From positions 2,695,130 through 2,759,129 of the forward strand of contig MU054391.1 in the NCBI GenBank assembly GCA_013239625.1: a DNA stretch of 64,000 nt, given 5' to 3'. The position numbers and the translations under genes are program-made. The notes beneath the pieces were generated by a model. The model made no database searches, was not told the DNA's origin, and saw nothing but the letters and a program-made list of their open reading frames with translations. Below, piece after piece: positions 24,701-37,522 of the stretch. Source of the DNA: Lama guanicoe (Eukaryota). Every line of letters starts with the position of its first letter. The stretch's first letter is position 1.

Positions 24701-26344
24701 CCTGTTATTGACTGAGTCTTCCTATTAAACAATCTGAGCAGTTAGGTGATTTTCTGCCTCATAATCTGGTTCCCATTGCCTGGCAATTTCCTTGTCTGAG
24801 GGCAAGTACAAACTGAACAAAATTTTCGTCTCTTTGTGAGCATCTGTTACAAGGATAGGTTTTAAAGTACAAAGTCTTCATTAAGTGTGTTTTGACAAAG
24901 GCCCCCACACGTCATTTCACGGGTGCAGCCGGTCCGGGGGACCGAGGGGCTTGGTCCTCCTCCAGCTCAGGGGGGTCGCCGATCATGGAAACCACTTCTG
25001 TCCCAGGCATGTTTCTCTTTTTACGCAGCAAGGCCGTATTTTTATTTTATATTTATTGTCAAAAATCTTGTCTTCTTTGGTGGAGTCCAAGAAGTTAATG
25101 GTAGGTGTTTAAAAGAACTTTTAAGACTTTATAATGAAATGACAAAAAATAAAAAGAAAAGGAAGAGGAAATGGGTGTAAGAAGGCAGAGATGCCACGAA
25201 ACAGAAAATGCAGCTTCAGAGGTATACCTCACGATGATACTCATTTATCAACATCCTTATAAGATAGATACAAACACAAAGTAAGTGAGTGAAAAACGGC
25301 TTTAAAAAAATACACCGTACAATAAAAGCACTCAAAGAAAATAATAATGGAGCTTAGAATACATTTATCTATAGATAATTGAGCCAATCTTCACCCCTGC
25401 CATCTAATTATATGCTGCTTGTAAAACACACCCACAAAGCTGAGTGGCAACAACTTTTGTCAAACGGCTAAGGACCAAAGTCGGGGAGCGGCAGCCCTGG
25501 ATCCCCAGCCGGGACTCGGCGACTGAGTAAGAGCCGTCCACCTGCTGAAGCACAGATGCTTCCTTCCGTGACTCGTCCCGATGCACTTTCTCACCTGGCC
25601 CTCACGGTGGTTCTGCCTTGTTCCCTCGGATTTAGAGAAGACACCTGGTTTCCTCAAGGCCAAGCAGCCAGTAAATCACAGAGCGACGACGGCTCAAGCC
25701 GGGTTGCCTGGTGTTACGTCTAGAGCTGGTGCCCTCATTCACCGTCTGTCTCAACACTCCTCCAGGTCTGGTGTCATGCCTGAGGCGGGCATGGCTTCAG
25801 AATCAATATTCTTTCATGACATTTCCAGGTGAAGATGGGGAAGTTCGTACACATCTGTAAATGACCGTGCACATGCTCTTCAGCTAGAGGGCGCGGCTTG
25901 GGCTTGTGGAGGAAGAACGTCACGTACCACATCCGTAAATGAAGGATGCGGTGGCCATCCAGCGCTGGGCTCCTGTAGCTGACCCTGCGCACCCTGAGGG
26001 CTTTCGGGGTGGAGAAAGCAAGGTACTGGCCCGGAGAGGTAAGGTGCAGGTCACAGGGACGATTTCAGTGAGCCCAGGCTCTTGCCTCTTCCCACTCGCA
26101 GAAAAGCGCTAAATTCGTTAACCTGAAGTGCCTGGGTTTTCTTCAATTAGCATTAATCTTCTGACGTTCCACCTACCTGTTTTTCGTTTTTTTGGTTTTT
26201 AGGTTTTTGTTTTGTTTATATCCCGGCCCCTCCCTTATCTCTTTGGGGTGATCCCTCTGAGCACCTGGGAGCCCGTCCCCCGGGCTTACGTCCTCAGTAA
26301 GCCCACCGGATAAAGCCTAGTGCTCAACTTGCAGGTTGTGCTTT

Positions 26345-26375
<31 letters not shown>

Positions 26376-27639
26376 TCAGCTGCTCAAGTCTACTCCTCTC
26401 TGACAAAATTCCTAAGCAGACAACATTGAAAGAAGGAATATATCCTGGCGTAGTTGATAGTTTCCACTGTGAAGTGGGCTGAATGTGCACGACCACACCC
26501 TGCAGGTGAACATCCCTCCCTGAACACAGACAGTAGCTCAGGCCTGAGTGGTAGGCGTGGGCCAGGTGCATCTCATTATTTTCAGAGACGAACCTTCCCT
26601 CCTCCAAGATGAATTAGGATGTTTCTACCAAAATACAGAGTTCTTTAGTCAAATCAGATCCTCAGTACTAAGCAAGCTTGTAATTACCTTCACTTGCATT
26701 CTGAGCAAAATTCCCTGAGTAGCGGCAATGTAGCTTTTGCCGCTTTCTGAATTTCAGCACATTTCCCCTTCTTTTCACAAGATTAGCTGTTGATCCATAC
26801 GGCCAGTAACTCTACACTACAGGACAAGCTTTCCTTTTTACATTTTTCTTTTACGAGTCACCCCAAAATGAAACAGCTGATCACCCCAGAGAGAACCACG
26901 AAGTCCCACTTGTATGATTAAAATGGCAAACATTTACTCCATTAACTTAATAGCGTTTGCTTTTACAGTGGGAAACTACCAAGCCAAGCCATCGAGTTCT
27001 GTTTTGCCAGGGACCAGTCCTGACGTCAGGGCAGACTGACAGCTCTTATCTGTCAACGGGGTGCGTCACATCCGGAAGCCCAGGTGCCTGTGGACCCAAG
27101 TGGCTGCCAAGTCTAAAGGTCCTGACATCTCAGATCCACTCCTGCGTGATTTAGTGGAACACATCCTTGTGTTTCCTTGGAAAACAGACCTTTTATTTCA
27201 AAATAAAACTGTAACTGAGTGTTTCAAAAATGCTTATCTCTTTATCCATGTTAAAGCATCGCAAACATACTGGGCATATTTAGAAATAATCTTCTAGAGA
27301 GTTGAAGTGTTCTTGCCCATGAACTTTCCACCTCAGTCGAACCCATACCAACATGCCAATGTGTTCAGAGCACTTTCCAGGGTTAGGACCAGGATGCATT
27401 CGAACATTAGAGTGATTCTGAATGTCTTATTTCTAGATGAAATGCAATGATGACTGATTTTTAGATGTTTACTTGAGCAACGTGAAAATTCAAGTGTATT
27501 GAGTGTATCTGATGTCAGAAAAACACAAAGTGACTCATTTGGATTCACAAGGAATATGAAGTGAGCAGTGCAGTGTTACACACCAGTGCCCTTACACTGC
27601 TGTCTCCATCTCCGTCGATACCCACGCCTACATCTGTGC

Positions 27640-30600
27640 CTGCACACGGAAGTAAACAGAGATCGTGCATACACCACAGTACCCTCCAGATAACTCAGAG
27701 AACTGCTGGTGCCCCAGGAGCCTCCTGGATTCCAGCTCACCTCTGGTCCTAACTCTTTCCACGATCCCGACTTACATGGAAGCCACTTCCTTCCTTCGTT
27801 TGTGTTCTTATCCCCCACCCGTGTATCCTGCATACTGCATTTTAGTTTTGCTTATTTTTGAACTTTATCTGAATGGAATTGTACATCATGTATTTTTGCC
27901 CCTTGCCTCATTTACTCAACTATATATATGTGTGTGTTTAAAACCTCAGTTGCAATGTGTCGACTTCTGGCTCAACCATATAGTTTTAGTTGGCCCATGT
28001 CCCACACGACGTAGTCGTTGCGTTTCTGTGTAGTTTCCCACTGTCTGAATATTCGCAAGGTGTTTTCCCATTAGGCTGCTGTGTTAACATTTCCAGTGTT
28101 AACTATCTGTGCGCGTTGCTGCCATGATCACTCTCGTGCACGTATCTGGTTGTACCTAACTTCCCGCTGAGTATACACATTATCAGAAACAGCACTGCTG
28201 GTGCACAGTATCCGTGGTTCACAGTGTACACGTTTCCGCTCTCCTAGAGATGACCCAGCTGCTTTCCCAGCAGCAGGGCACGAGTCCCTAGCCCTCTGTG
28301 GACTCAATCAGCAACGTTTGGTTTTGTCATTTATTTTTCTCCATCCAGTGAATGCGTACTATCTCATCTTCTCAGTCTCTAAATAACACTGGACACCTTT
28401 TCACACGTTCCTTGGACATTTATTTGCTCCTCGGTGAAGTGTCTGTTTATATTCTTTGCTGATTTTTCTTTTGTGCTGTTTGCTTTATAACAACAACAAC
28501 AACAACTTGTGAAAGTTCATGAGCTTTGGGTCTTTTTTGCCAGATTAACTAGTCACAAGTGTAATCACCCATTCTGTGTCTTGTTTCGTTTCACTTTCTT
28601 TTTAATTTAGTTCAATTTATTAGTCTTTTTCCTTAATCTGTGCCCTTTTGGGTCTTTTTTAAAAAATATTTTTATCTTAAGTGATAAAATTGTCCTCTAT
28701 TTGCATCTCAGATTTTATCTTATTTTATTTTGTTTTGTTTTACTTTTATCTTATTTTACTTTACTTCATTTTATTTTACTGTTCTATTCTGCTCTACTTT
28801 ATTCTATTCTTCTCCACTCTGCTCTGCTGTACCTTTTACTCTTAGGTCCCCAGTCCTCCCAAGTGGACGTGTATCTGATGTGGAAGTCCACACTGATTCT
28901 GGTTTCTGCATGCACCCCTGCTGACCAAGGTCCACATGTTTAGGAAACCGTCCCTGCCAGCTGAGGCTTGAAGCTGCTGTTGTCGTCTGTTCCGGTGGCA
29001 GGTGCTGGGATCTGTTTCTGGACCCCCCGGTCTTGCCTGCTGGTCTGTCTGTCTCTGGGCCAGTTGCTGTACCTATTACAATATCATAGCAAAAAGCTTT
29101 GAAAGCAAACGTGTCAAGATCTCCAGCTTCTTTTTTAAGGGTATCAAAGCTATTTTAATTATATGAATTTTCATAATCACTTTAGAATAATTTCATCAAG
29201 CTACATCACAATTCTTTTTATCCTTTTGGGCTTTTGTTTGGGATTGCACTAAATATATGGATTTCAATGTGGGAAGAGCTGGCATTTTTATAATACACTG
29301 CTAAGTTTACAAATCCAGGGACGTGGTGTGTCTCTCCATTAGTGTTGTTTAAGTCATTCATACAGGTTTATATTTTCCCACTGAGATCTTCACTTTTCTT
29401 TCTGTTATTGTGAAAATTGTGTCTTGTACTAAGGATTTTGGAGTCTTATTGTAAGTGGTATCTTTTCTTCAATTTTAATCATTACAGATATAGAAGAATA
29501 CAGATTTTTAACATTGATTTTATTCATACAGTTTTGATAAAATCTCATCAATTCCTTCAGCTTTTCTACAGATTCCTTCGGAGAATTTCCTTCAGAGCAT
29601 CTACAAATAATTACAGTTTTGTTTCTTCCTTTTGAATTACTTCTTATTCTCCAATTCTTGTACTTTTAATCATTTATTTATTTAATTCACTAGATAGTAT
29701 TAAGTTATAATGTATCTTATATTGGATAGGAGCGCCACACTCTACTCAAGAGGAATGGTGGTGGGGACAGTTGTTCTTCTGTTAGAACCAGGGGGCCATC
29801 TAGCATTTCACTGTTGAGTAAGGCATTTGTGTTGTTTTGTTAAACACGTTTTATCAGGAAAGGGAATTTCTTTCTGTTCTTCGTCAGCTGAGTGCCTTTT
29901 ATTATGAATGGGTTTTAAATGTCATTGAATGCTGTGATGCATCTATTGGAATGACTGTATTAGTGTACTCCTTTCATAATAGTTTTTGACTCAAAATACT
30001 GATGGATTTTCCAAAGATAAACCAGTCTTAAATTTTGATGTAAACTCAGTGAAGTTACATTTGGAGTTTAGATTTAGCTAGCTACTATTTTCAGATATTT
30101 TAATCTTTACTTATTAGAGAGATGGCCTGTAATTTTTTCTTTTACCTTCTTTAACAGATTAATTACTTCAAAAAATAAATTCTAGAAACAATCATGTATA
30201 ACTGGAATTATATCTTTTTTTTCTTTTTTTTAATTGAAGTACCGTCAGTTACAATGTGTCAGTTTCTGGTGTTCAGCACAGTGTCCCGGTCATGCATATG
30301 TGTGTGTGTGTGTGTGTGTGTGTGTATTCCTTTTCATATTCTTTTTCACTAAAAGTTATTACAAGATATTGAATATAGTTCCCTGTGCTGTACAGAATAA
30401 ATTGGGTTTTTTAATTTATTTTTATACATACTGGTTAACATTTGCAAATCTCAAACTCTCAAATTTATTCCTTCCCACCCTCTTCCCCCATTAACCGTAA
30501 GATTGTTTACTATGTCTGCGAGGCTCTTTCTGTTTTGTAGATGAGTTTGTTAGTGTCCTCTTTTTTCTTTTTCTTTTTCTTTTTCTTTTTTTTTTTGTTT

Positions 30601-32230
30601 CAGATTCCACAAATGAGTGATAACATATGGTATTTTTCTTTATTTTTCTGGCTTATTTCACTTAGAGTAACCATCTCCAGGTCCGTCCATACTGCTCCAA
30701 ATGGCAACCTAAATGTATATCGACAGATAACTGAATAAAGAAGTTGTGGTGTATTTATACAATGGAATGCTACTCAGTGATTAAAAAGAATTTTTTTAAG
30801 TAATAAAATAATGGAATTATGTCTTTATCAAATATTTGGGGAAAACTTGGTTGTGAAGCCACCTGGATCTAAAATGTTCTGAGCAAAATGGACTTTTCTG
30901 TTTGCGCTTTAGAACTTCAGCTCCTTACAGTCAGGGTGACTGGCAGCTTCTCTGCTGAGGTGAGGGCAGTCTGAGTGATGTACGTTTTTCTAGGATATTC
31001 TGTCTGTATGGTAGCTTCCTGGTCTGCAGAGAATGATTCTTTTCATCCATGAAATTAGTTATTTAGGCCTTTTCTCTTCCTTTCTCCACCAATCTCACCA
31101 GAAGTTCATGAAATTTTAGACATTTTGAAGAACCACTGTTTGGATTTGTTGATTTCTGAATCTATTTTCTACTTTAGTAAGTTCTTCTGTTCTGGTTTTA
31201 AGCTTTTATCTTCTCTATTTCCTTGTTTCTTTGGGTTTACTTTTATCAGTCTCTTTTTCTCTTAAGTTTCTGAGACAGACTTTTAGTTTGTTAATTTATA
31301 GACTTTCATTTATATATTTAAGAGTATAAATTTTTCTCTAAATCCTGTTTTAGTTGTATCCCACAAATTCTGATGTATAGAATTTTATTACAACACAGCT
31401 CAAAATATTTGGTTTCCATTATAATTTCTGTTTTGATCAATGGCTTCCTTAGAAGTATCTTTCTTAATTTCCAAACATAAGTATATTTTGTTGTATTTTC
31501 TTTGTTATTTATTTCCAACTTAATTACACAGTTGTCAAAAAACATTCTCTGCGTAACTTGAAACTTTTCAGCTGTGTGGAGAGTTGCTTGTGGACTAGGA
31601 TATGTTCAATTTTGGAAGAATATTCCAAGCTTGCTGCAAACAGTGTGTGTTCTGCAGCTGAGGCTGATTTCTTTTCTTTCATTCCTCTTCTCCTTCCTCC
31701 TTCCCTCCCTCCCTCCCTTCTTCCCTCTCTCTCCTTCTCCATTACATTAGATTAGCGGTTTTTTTATTTGTTTGAATCTCTGTGTCTTTCATGAGTTTTC
31801 CCACACTGATTGTGGGTGATTCTCTTTTCTCTTATTATCGTGTCAGGTTTTGGGTTTTTTTTTCATGTTTTCAGGTCATAAAATCACATGAAATCTATAA
31901 ATGGTCACATCTTCCTAGTAAATTGAAACTCTTATCTCTTGATACTTTATTTCTAGTGATACTTTGCCATGAATTCAACTTTGTCTGAGAGTAAAATAGT
32001 TACACAGGTGTTTTTTGTTTTGTTTTGTTTTTGGTTGGTGTTTCCTTGGTACATCTTTTTCTGTTTTTTTATTTCAAGCTTATGTTTTAGATAAACCTTA
32101 TGTTTTTGATGTATTTCTTATAAATTACACATGGTGGGGTTTTGTTATAGTCACTCCATTTTTGCTCTTAACTAGAGCCTCTAATTTTTAGTTTTTGCTT
32201 TTAACTGGAACATTTAGTGCATTAGTGTAT
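27640..32230 (-). mobile_element. Large ancient L1 (L1M-class), decayed ORF2 plus 3' UTR, interrupted by a younger L1 at 30.2-30.8 kb
   Basis: Minus-strand ORF pieces 'AEHTLFAASLEYSSKIEHILVHK' (31524-31742) and 'FFDNCVIKLEINNKENTTKYTYVWKL' (31318-31545) match the L1 endonuclease motifs 'AEYTFFSSAHGTFSRIDHILGHK' and 'FSDHNGIKLEINN'. The plus strand is T-rich throughout; there are many stops and frameshifts. Confidence 0.9.
30218..30811 (-). mobile_element. Young camelid-type L1, 5'-truncated and 5'-inverted, with 15-bp TSD
   Basis: Antisense 3' UTR/ORF2 end at 30218-30706, then a sense piece gcaacctaaatgt...aaaataatg to about 30812. TSD tggaattatatcttt (30203-30217) / tggaattatgtcttt (30812-30826). 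Contains (TG)n at about 30299-30325. Confidence 0.9.
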
Positions 32231-35200
32231 TTGTATATTTATTAGTTACGGTTTATCTCATGGAAGGACTCATGTAATGATAAATTCTCAGTTCAGAATA
32301 AAAAAAAATCTGTATAGGAGTCTCAGAATATTCGTTCACTCTTGACTCTTTATTTGAAGAACCAAGAAAAATAAATTGAGAGATTTGGGGAAAACGGAGT
32401 AGAAACCACTGTTCATATTAGTTGGCTCAGGTGAACGTTACTACTTATAGAACTAAATTCGTAAAACAAAAAATATCAGCATTTAACCCCTTCAGGCTTT
32501 TATATTTGTGAGATAATAGAGGAATGATGTTGAATGCATGCACTGTGGAATTTGGAAACTCAACTGTGTTGGGAACCATAAATATTTCAATCAAAACATC
32601 AAGAGTTAGGTAGCGTAATTATAAAGAAGTCTGCAGTCGCCATTTCCAGTGATGCACAACAGTAAGGGTGAAACACAAAAATAAGGAAAACATAGATTTA
32701 AAGCCGTTCCTCATAACATTGCATTGCTGTGTGGCTACCGGGGTGAGTTTTGAGGATGGGGAGTAATTTAGCACAGCCCCCACATCCTCACGGCAATTTC
32801 ACAAGCCTGTGACAGCTTCCCAGTCACTCAGTGTCTGGGCATTCAGCATCCTTACCTTGCACTAATTTCCACTCCAGCTGCAAAGAGTGGAAATAAAAAT
32901 GGGGTCTTTGAAGTTTTGTGCAGTAAATGACAGAAGCTGGTAGAGCGTGAGAGCTTGCACCCAACATGTGATCAGTACTAGCACTGAGAGTGCTTTAGGG
33001 CTCAGTCATGAGGTGAAATATGCAGCCCTCACTAGAATTTTTTGTAAAACTTGTTCTAAACCTAAGGGAAAAAAGACGGACATAGCATAGTCAGAGAATA
33101 AGAGCAGGAGAGAGAAAGCCAGGTTGTCTTCTCTCTTCCTTCCTGTTGGTTATGACATTCCTTCTATTCAGGGGCCACTCGCCTCTGTTCACCTGGTCAC
33201 CTTCCTGTCCCTCCCTGACGTTGCCCTGGGAAGTCTTATACACAGTCTGGTTACTTCACAGGAGACGGTAAATGCACGTGACTCTGGATACTCCCCAACT
33301 GATAACCCAGCACGCAGCCTTCTTTCCTGGCCTTTTCAGACCAGTGTTTCAGGATTTATTTAAGCGCTTTCTTCACACCCACAGCCAACCAACCCACAGA
33401 AGGAGCACACGTGCACGAACACATTTTGCAAAGCCCAAGTTGTATCTCTCTGGAAAGTATGAACAGCGTCTAACCTTTCAGCACTGAAATTTTCAGTTTT
33501 ATTTTTGAGCAGATTAATTGCATTTCCCAAATATTAAACGAGCCTGATAATGGCACGTTGGTCCCAGCAGCAGACGCTCAGTCGACTTTAAGGGCTTAAA
33601 TCATAGCCGTCTCTTCAGACGAGAAATGATGACTTACCAAGTCTATAATAAAAGATTTCTAATAATGTTATTGTAAAAGTGTTTATTTCTTTAACCAAAT
33701 AATTGTAGTTTCACTTAGGAAAAAAATGGCAAAAATCCAATGAATCCATGAGAAATAATAAAAAAAAAAAGTTCAGGTTGATTTTAATGCTACTTTCAGC
33801 TGAATTTTTACAGATGTTATCAATATGCATTTTGATTGTGGACAGTATCTGCGAGTTGAGAACTTCTTAAGTCATTTTATTGCAGAGAAAAAAAATCCTG
33901 AGATGCCACTTTCAAATATAAAAATTATACTTCTCAGAAAGTTCTTCTGTGTGTGTATGTGTGTGTGTGCATACACACTCCTATACATTTAAATTCTTTT
34001 ACCCCCGCCTCCCCCACCAAAGAAGCTGGAAACCTTCATAATGTTATAAATGCCAGATTCAAGTCTGAAAATACACGTTGGATTTAAAGATAATAAATAA
34101 AAGCTCCAAGAAGAATTCAAGCCAGATTTGTTTAAATTTATGTCACATAAATATTGAAAATAAAATGGCACCCCCTCCTCCCTGTGGTTGGGCACTGAAA
34201 GGTGGTCCAGTCTTTCTAGCCGTGTTCTTGAAACATTAATCAGTTCCCTACGCCACCAGGAAAGGCACCCAAAGTGTTTTGCAGAACTTCAGTAACTACC
34301 ATACAGCTCTGACTTTGCCGAGAATTTTGCCATCAGTTGGATTAGACAGTTTCTGTTGCCACCAACAGGAAATCCAACTGAAATGAGTTTAAAAATAAAC
34401 AAAGAAAGAGTCCTGGAGAAAGACCGGACCCCAGTCTCCGTGTTCACAGGGCGAGGGCTCCCCTCTCGTCTTGGCTTTGCTGCCTCGGGGGGCAACCGTG
34501 TGGGGTCCCGTTGCCCCGGGAGGAAGCTGGAGCAGTTCTAGTGTGTTCCCCCTGCATGTGCTCCAGAGAGAACAGAGTTCACTTCCCACGACGCACAGAG
34601 GAGATTCTGGAACAGAGTCTCACTGGCCCTGAGAGGCGGGATTTGGGTCCTGCATTTGTGTCTGGGCTCTGTGCTTGGGGCGGGGGACTGAGTGTGTTCA
34701 CTGGGCCAGATGCTCTGTCTTTGCAACCTGACCTTTCCTTGGGTTGAACGTAGGAGAGGGGTTGTTCCCCGAGGGTCCAGGGGCCTGGTCCCTTGAGGAG
34801 GAAAGGCTGGGTTGATGCTCGGAGGCAGAATAACAACCAGTGTCTACTCCACCTTTTGGCAGCTGCCACTTCCCATCCAGACACACCTACAAAAACACCA
34901 TGTCCTTGTGAAACACGTCCCGTCCTAAACTGCGGCAATGTTTCCTCATCCCATTAACTCCCTCAGCTGCAGGTCAAGACGCAGGAGCTCTGATTGTCTT
35001 GCAGCTCTCGGGGTCAGTCTTACCCCAGCTCCTCCGGCTCGGAGGTCCGTGGCTAAATGATAGACACTTCCCAGCGCACCCAATACGCAGAAAGAGAGAG
35101 AATCAGACCTGCTGGGGCACGGCTGGACCACTTCCGTTTAGAAACTGGAGAACAGTGCTCAGAAGCAATGTCGCACCACGAATTTCATGTCCTGCTGGAA

Positions 35201-36734
35201 GGAGTGGCCGGGACTCCAAGGCTGGCGGTGACGCCTCCTCATTTTAATTTGGCTGCTTTGATTTTGTTCTCTGGGAGAATCACCTTCGTCTCTTGCCCTC
35301 CGGGGCTGCACTGGAGATAGCTTGGGAAGACGCCTTCTCTGGAGCTGTTCACCTTTGGCATCACCTTTTATTCTCACACAGGACCAGAGGTCCACGGGCT
35401 GTCTTAGGGTTGAGCATCCCAGACGGTCCTTGGCTGTCCCAGGAGTTACTCCAGTGACACAACTCTTTATGAAACTTACAGGTGTTTTGTCTATTTCTGT
35501 GCAGTAAACTCCATGGTGTGTGCCAAGGGGGGAATCAATTAGCAGAAAAAATAACCTCGATGTGGAATGTGGTTTTCCAGAAACTGGCTCTGCTAGGTGC
35601 TCTGTCCAAGGCCAACAGCTGGCATCCTGGTCTTTATCTCAGAGCATTTCAGACAGCAGTCCATTTGAGGAGACATTACTAGCGTCATCTCTCACTTCCC
35701 ATTGCATCTCAGAGAATGGCTGTTTAAAACGGAAATGGTTCTTTATTTTCTGAGGGAGAAAGAAGATAACGTAATGTGCCTGTGAGTGGCCTGTGACATT
35801 AAGCTTCTCCCTGGTCCCATTTCCATCTCCCCTCAGGGCTCGCCTCATCTCTGCCTCGGCAGGCTTTAATTTTATCTGTGTGTAGAAAAGCCTGGCTTTC
35901 CCTAGACTGAAGTGCACAAGTAGAGGCTGGTGTGGCCAGTTTCAAGTGTTTATCTACGTGTGACCTGTGACAAGCACAGAAATCCTCCAGCGTCTGGAAT
36001 CTCTCCTGTCAAGTCTTCCAACTTTGGAAGGTGGGCAGTCAGCACATGACCTTGGTCTCCAAATACACCAGAAACAGCCCAGACAATCACCTGGTTACCT
36101 TGCAACGCGAACGGCTGGACGACCAAGGGGCCCCTGCCTTGCACGTGTGGGCGGGGCTCCGCCAGCCTCCCTCTGGGGGCCTTTTGCCTTCGACACCTAC
36201 CTCCTGTCACTAGTTTCTGAACCAGTGGGAGTGAGTTGTGTGGAAGCGAAAGAAATTTTAAGGGGGGTTGTGGGGAGAGACTCTCATGACTGTCTAGTCC
36301 AGGTAAACCCAGCTTCAGCAATGGCTTGATGTGGTGCAAACAACGTCATCGACACATGCTTCTCCTTCCCACTAGCAGGTCTCACTTTCTGAGCACGAGG
36401 TCCCTTGTGAGGCCAGTGAGACCTCAAGCGGGCTGGAGCAGCTCCCATCTCCCACTTCCCCTCTTTAACACCCAGCGTGAACAAGGGAGCTTTTCCAGAG
36501 ACCGCAGAACGAGCGTCCTGTGAGTCTCGCTGACCCAGAATCGGCTCGTGTTGAGCAGGGGCCCTTATCAGTGCAGCGGCAGAACAGAATGACTGACGGA
36601 CGGGCCTGGACGAAGCCCTGAGAGCCCAGAAGAGAGACGGCGTCACTCAGCTTTCACAGGATGAGAGCAGGGGGTGTGACTGCCCTGGAAGGAAGCTGGG
36701 GTTCACAGAAGTGGAAGCGGAAATTATGCACTAC

Positions 36735-36850
36735 ATCATTTATTGGTATTTCAACGAACATTTATGGCGTTTATGCTCTCTGCCCAGCCCTGTGAAAGCT
36801 TCTGGGGAAACAAAGAAGAGTAAGACATGGTCATTTCCCTCTAATTGCAC
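36735..36850 (-). mobile_element. LINE-2 3' relic
   Basis: ttcaacgaacatttat...ctgcccagccctgtg...gagtaagacatggtc. Confidence 0.65.
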
Positions 36851-37069
36851 AAATTAAAGACGCCTAATGCAATTTAAGAAATAGGGGCAAAGGAAGGGCT
36901 TTTGGAGAATAAGACACCAAGGAGGCTTTAAATGTCAACTAGGACTTAAACAAGGGGAGGCGGCCCTGGGGATAACGGGACAGCGTCCAGGTGGGAGAAG
37001 GCCCGCGCCAAGCCTTGAGAAGCCCCGTGCTGTGTGCACGCTCTTCTCTTTCACTCCAGGATTTCGTGC

Positions 37070-37245
37070 AGCTTCCTAGCTCCACCACTGTTTAACGGTG
37101 TGGCGTTAAGCGAGCGACTTCCCTTCTCTTATTTCTTGTTTTAAATCATAAAACAATATACTAGCGCTCTCCCTGCCTGGTCCTCGCCGTAACAGATTAG
37201 GCACATAAAGCATCAACACAGGGCTTGGCATAGAGCAGGCCCCCT
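37070..37245 (+). mobile_element. MIR relic
   Basis: cctagctccaccact...gtgtggcgttaagcgagcgactt...cataaagcatcaacacagggcttggcatagagcagg. Confidence 0.6.
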
Positions 37246-37371
37246 ATAGTCTTACCAAAGGTTGCATGAAAACCTCAGGAATTAGAAATGTTTATAGAAA
37301 ACTTTCTCCAGGGCCTGATCTCCAAAGGAAAAAATGATGCATACACAATTCAAAGTTTAAGATCAACTCGG

Positions 37372-37522
37372 ATGTTCAATATTTTGTAATAATAATCTTT
37401 AATGAAAAAGAATATGAAAATGAATATACGTATATATATGCATGACTGGGACACTGTTCTGTGCACCAGAGATTGACACATTGTAACTGAGTGTACTTCA
37501 ATCAAAAAAACAAAACAAAAAA
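37372..37522 (+). mobile_element. Short camelid-type L1 3' end with A-tail and 13-bp TSD
   Basis: atgttcaatattttgtaat...gcatgactgggacac...ttgacacattgtaactga...cttcaatc(A)n. TSD aagatcaactcgg (37359-37371) / aagatcgacttgg (37523-37535), at a TT/AA endonuclease-type site. Confidence 0.9.

Noticed and set aside
25878..25896. CTCF-like motif cagctagagggcgc (similar partial hits at about 9822, 44107 and 61632)
   Set aside because: Mismatches at the conserved 5' CC positions; not distinguishable from background by eye.
26341..26600. Poly(T) as the tail of a processed pseudogene
   Set aside because: No polyadenylation signal, TSD or recognisable mRNA-derived sequence next to it.
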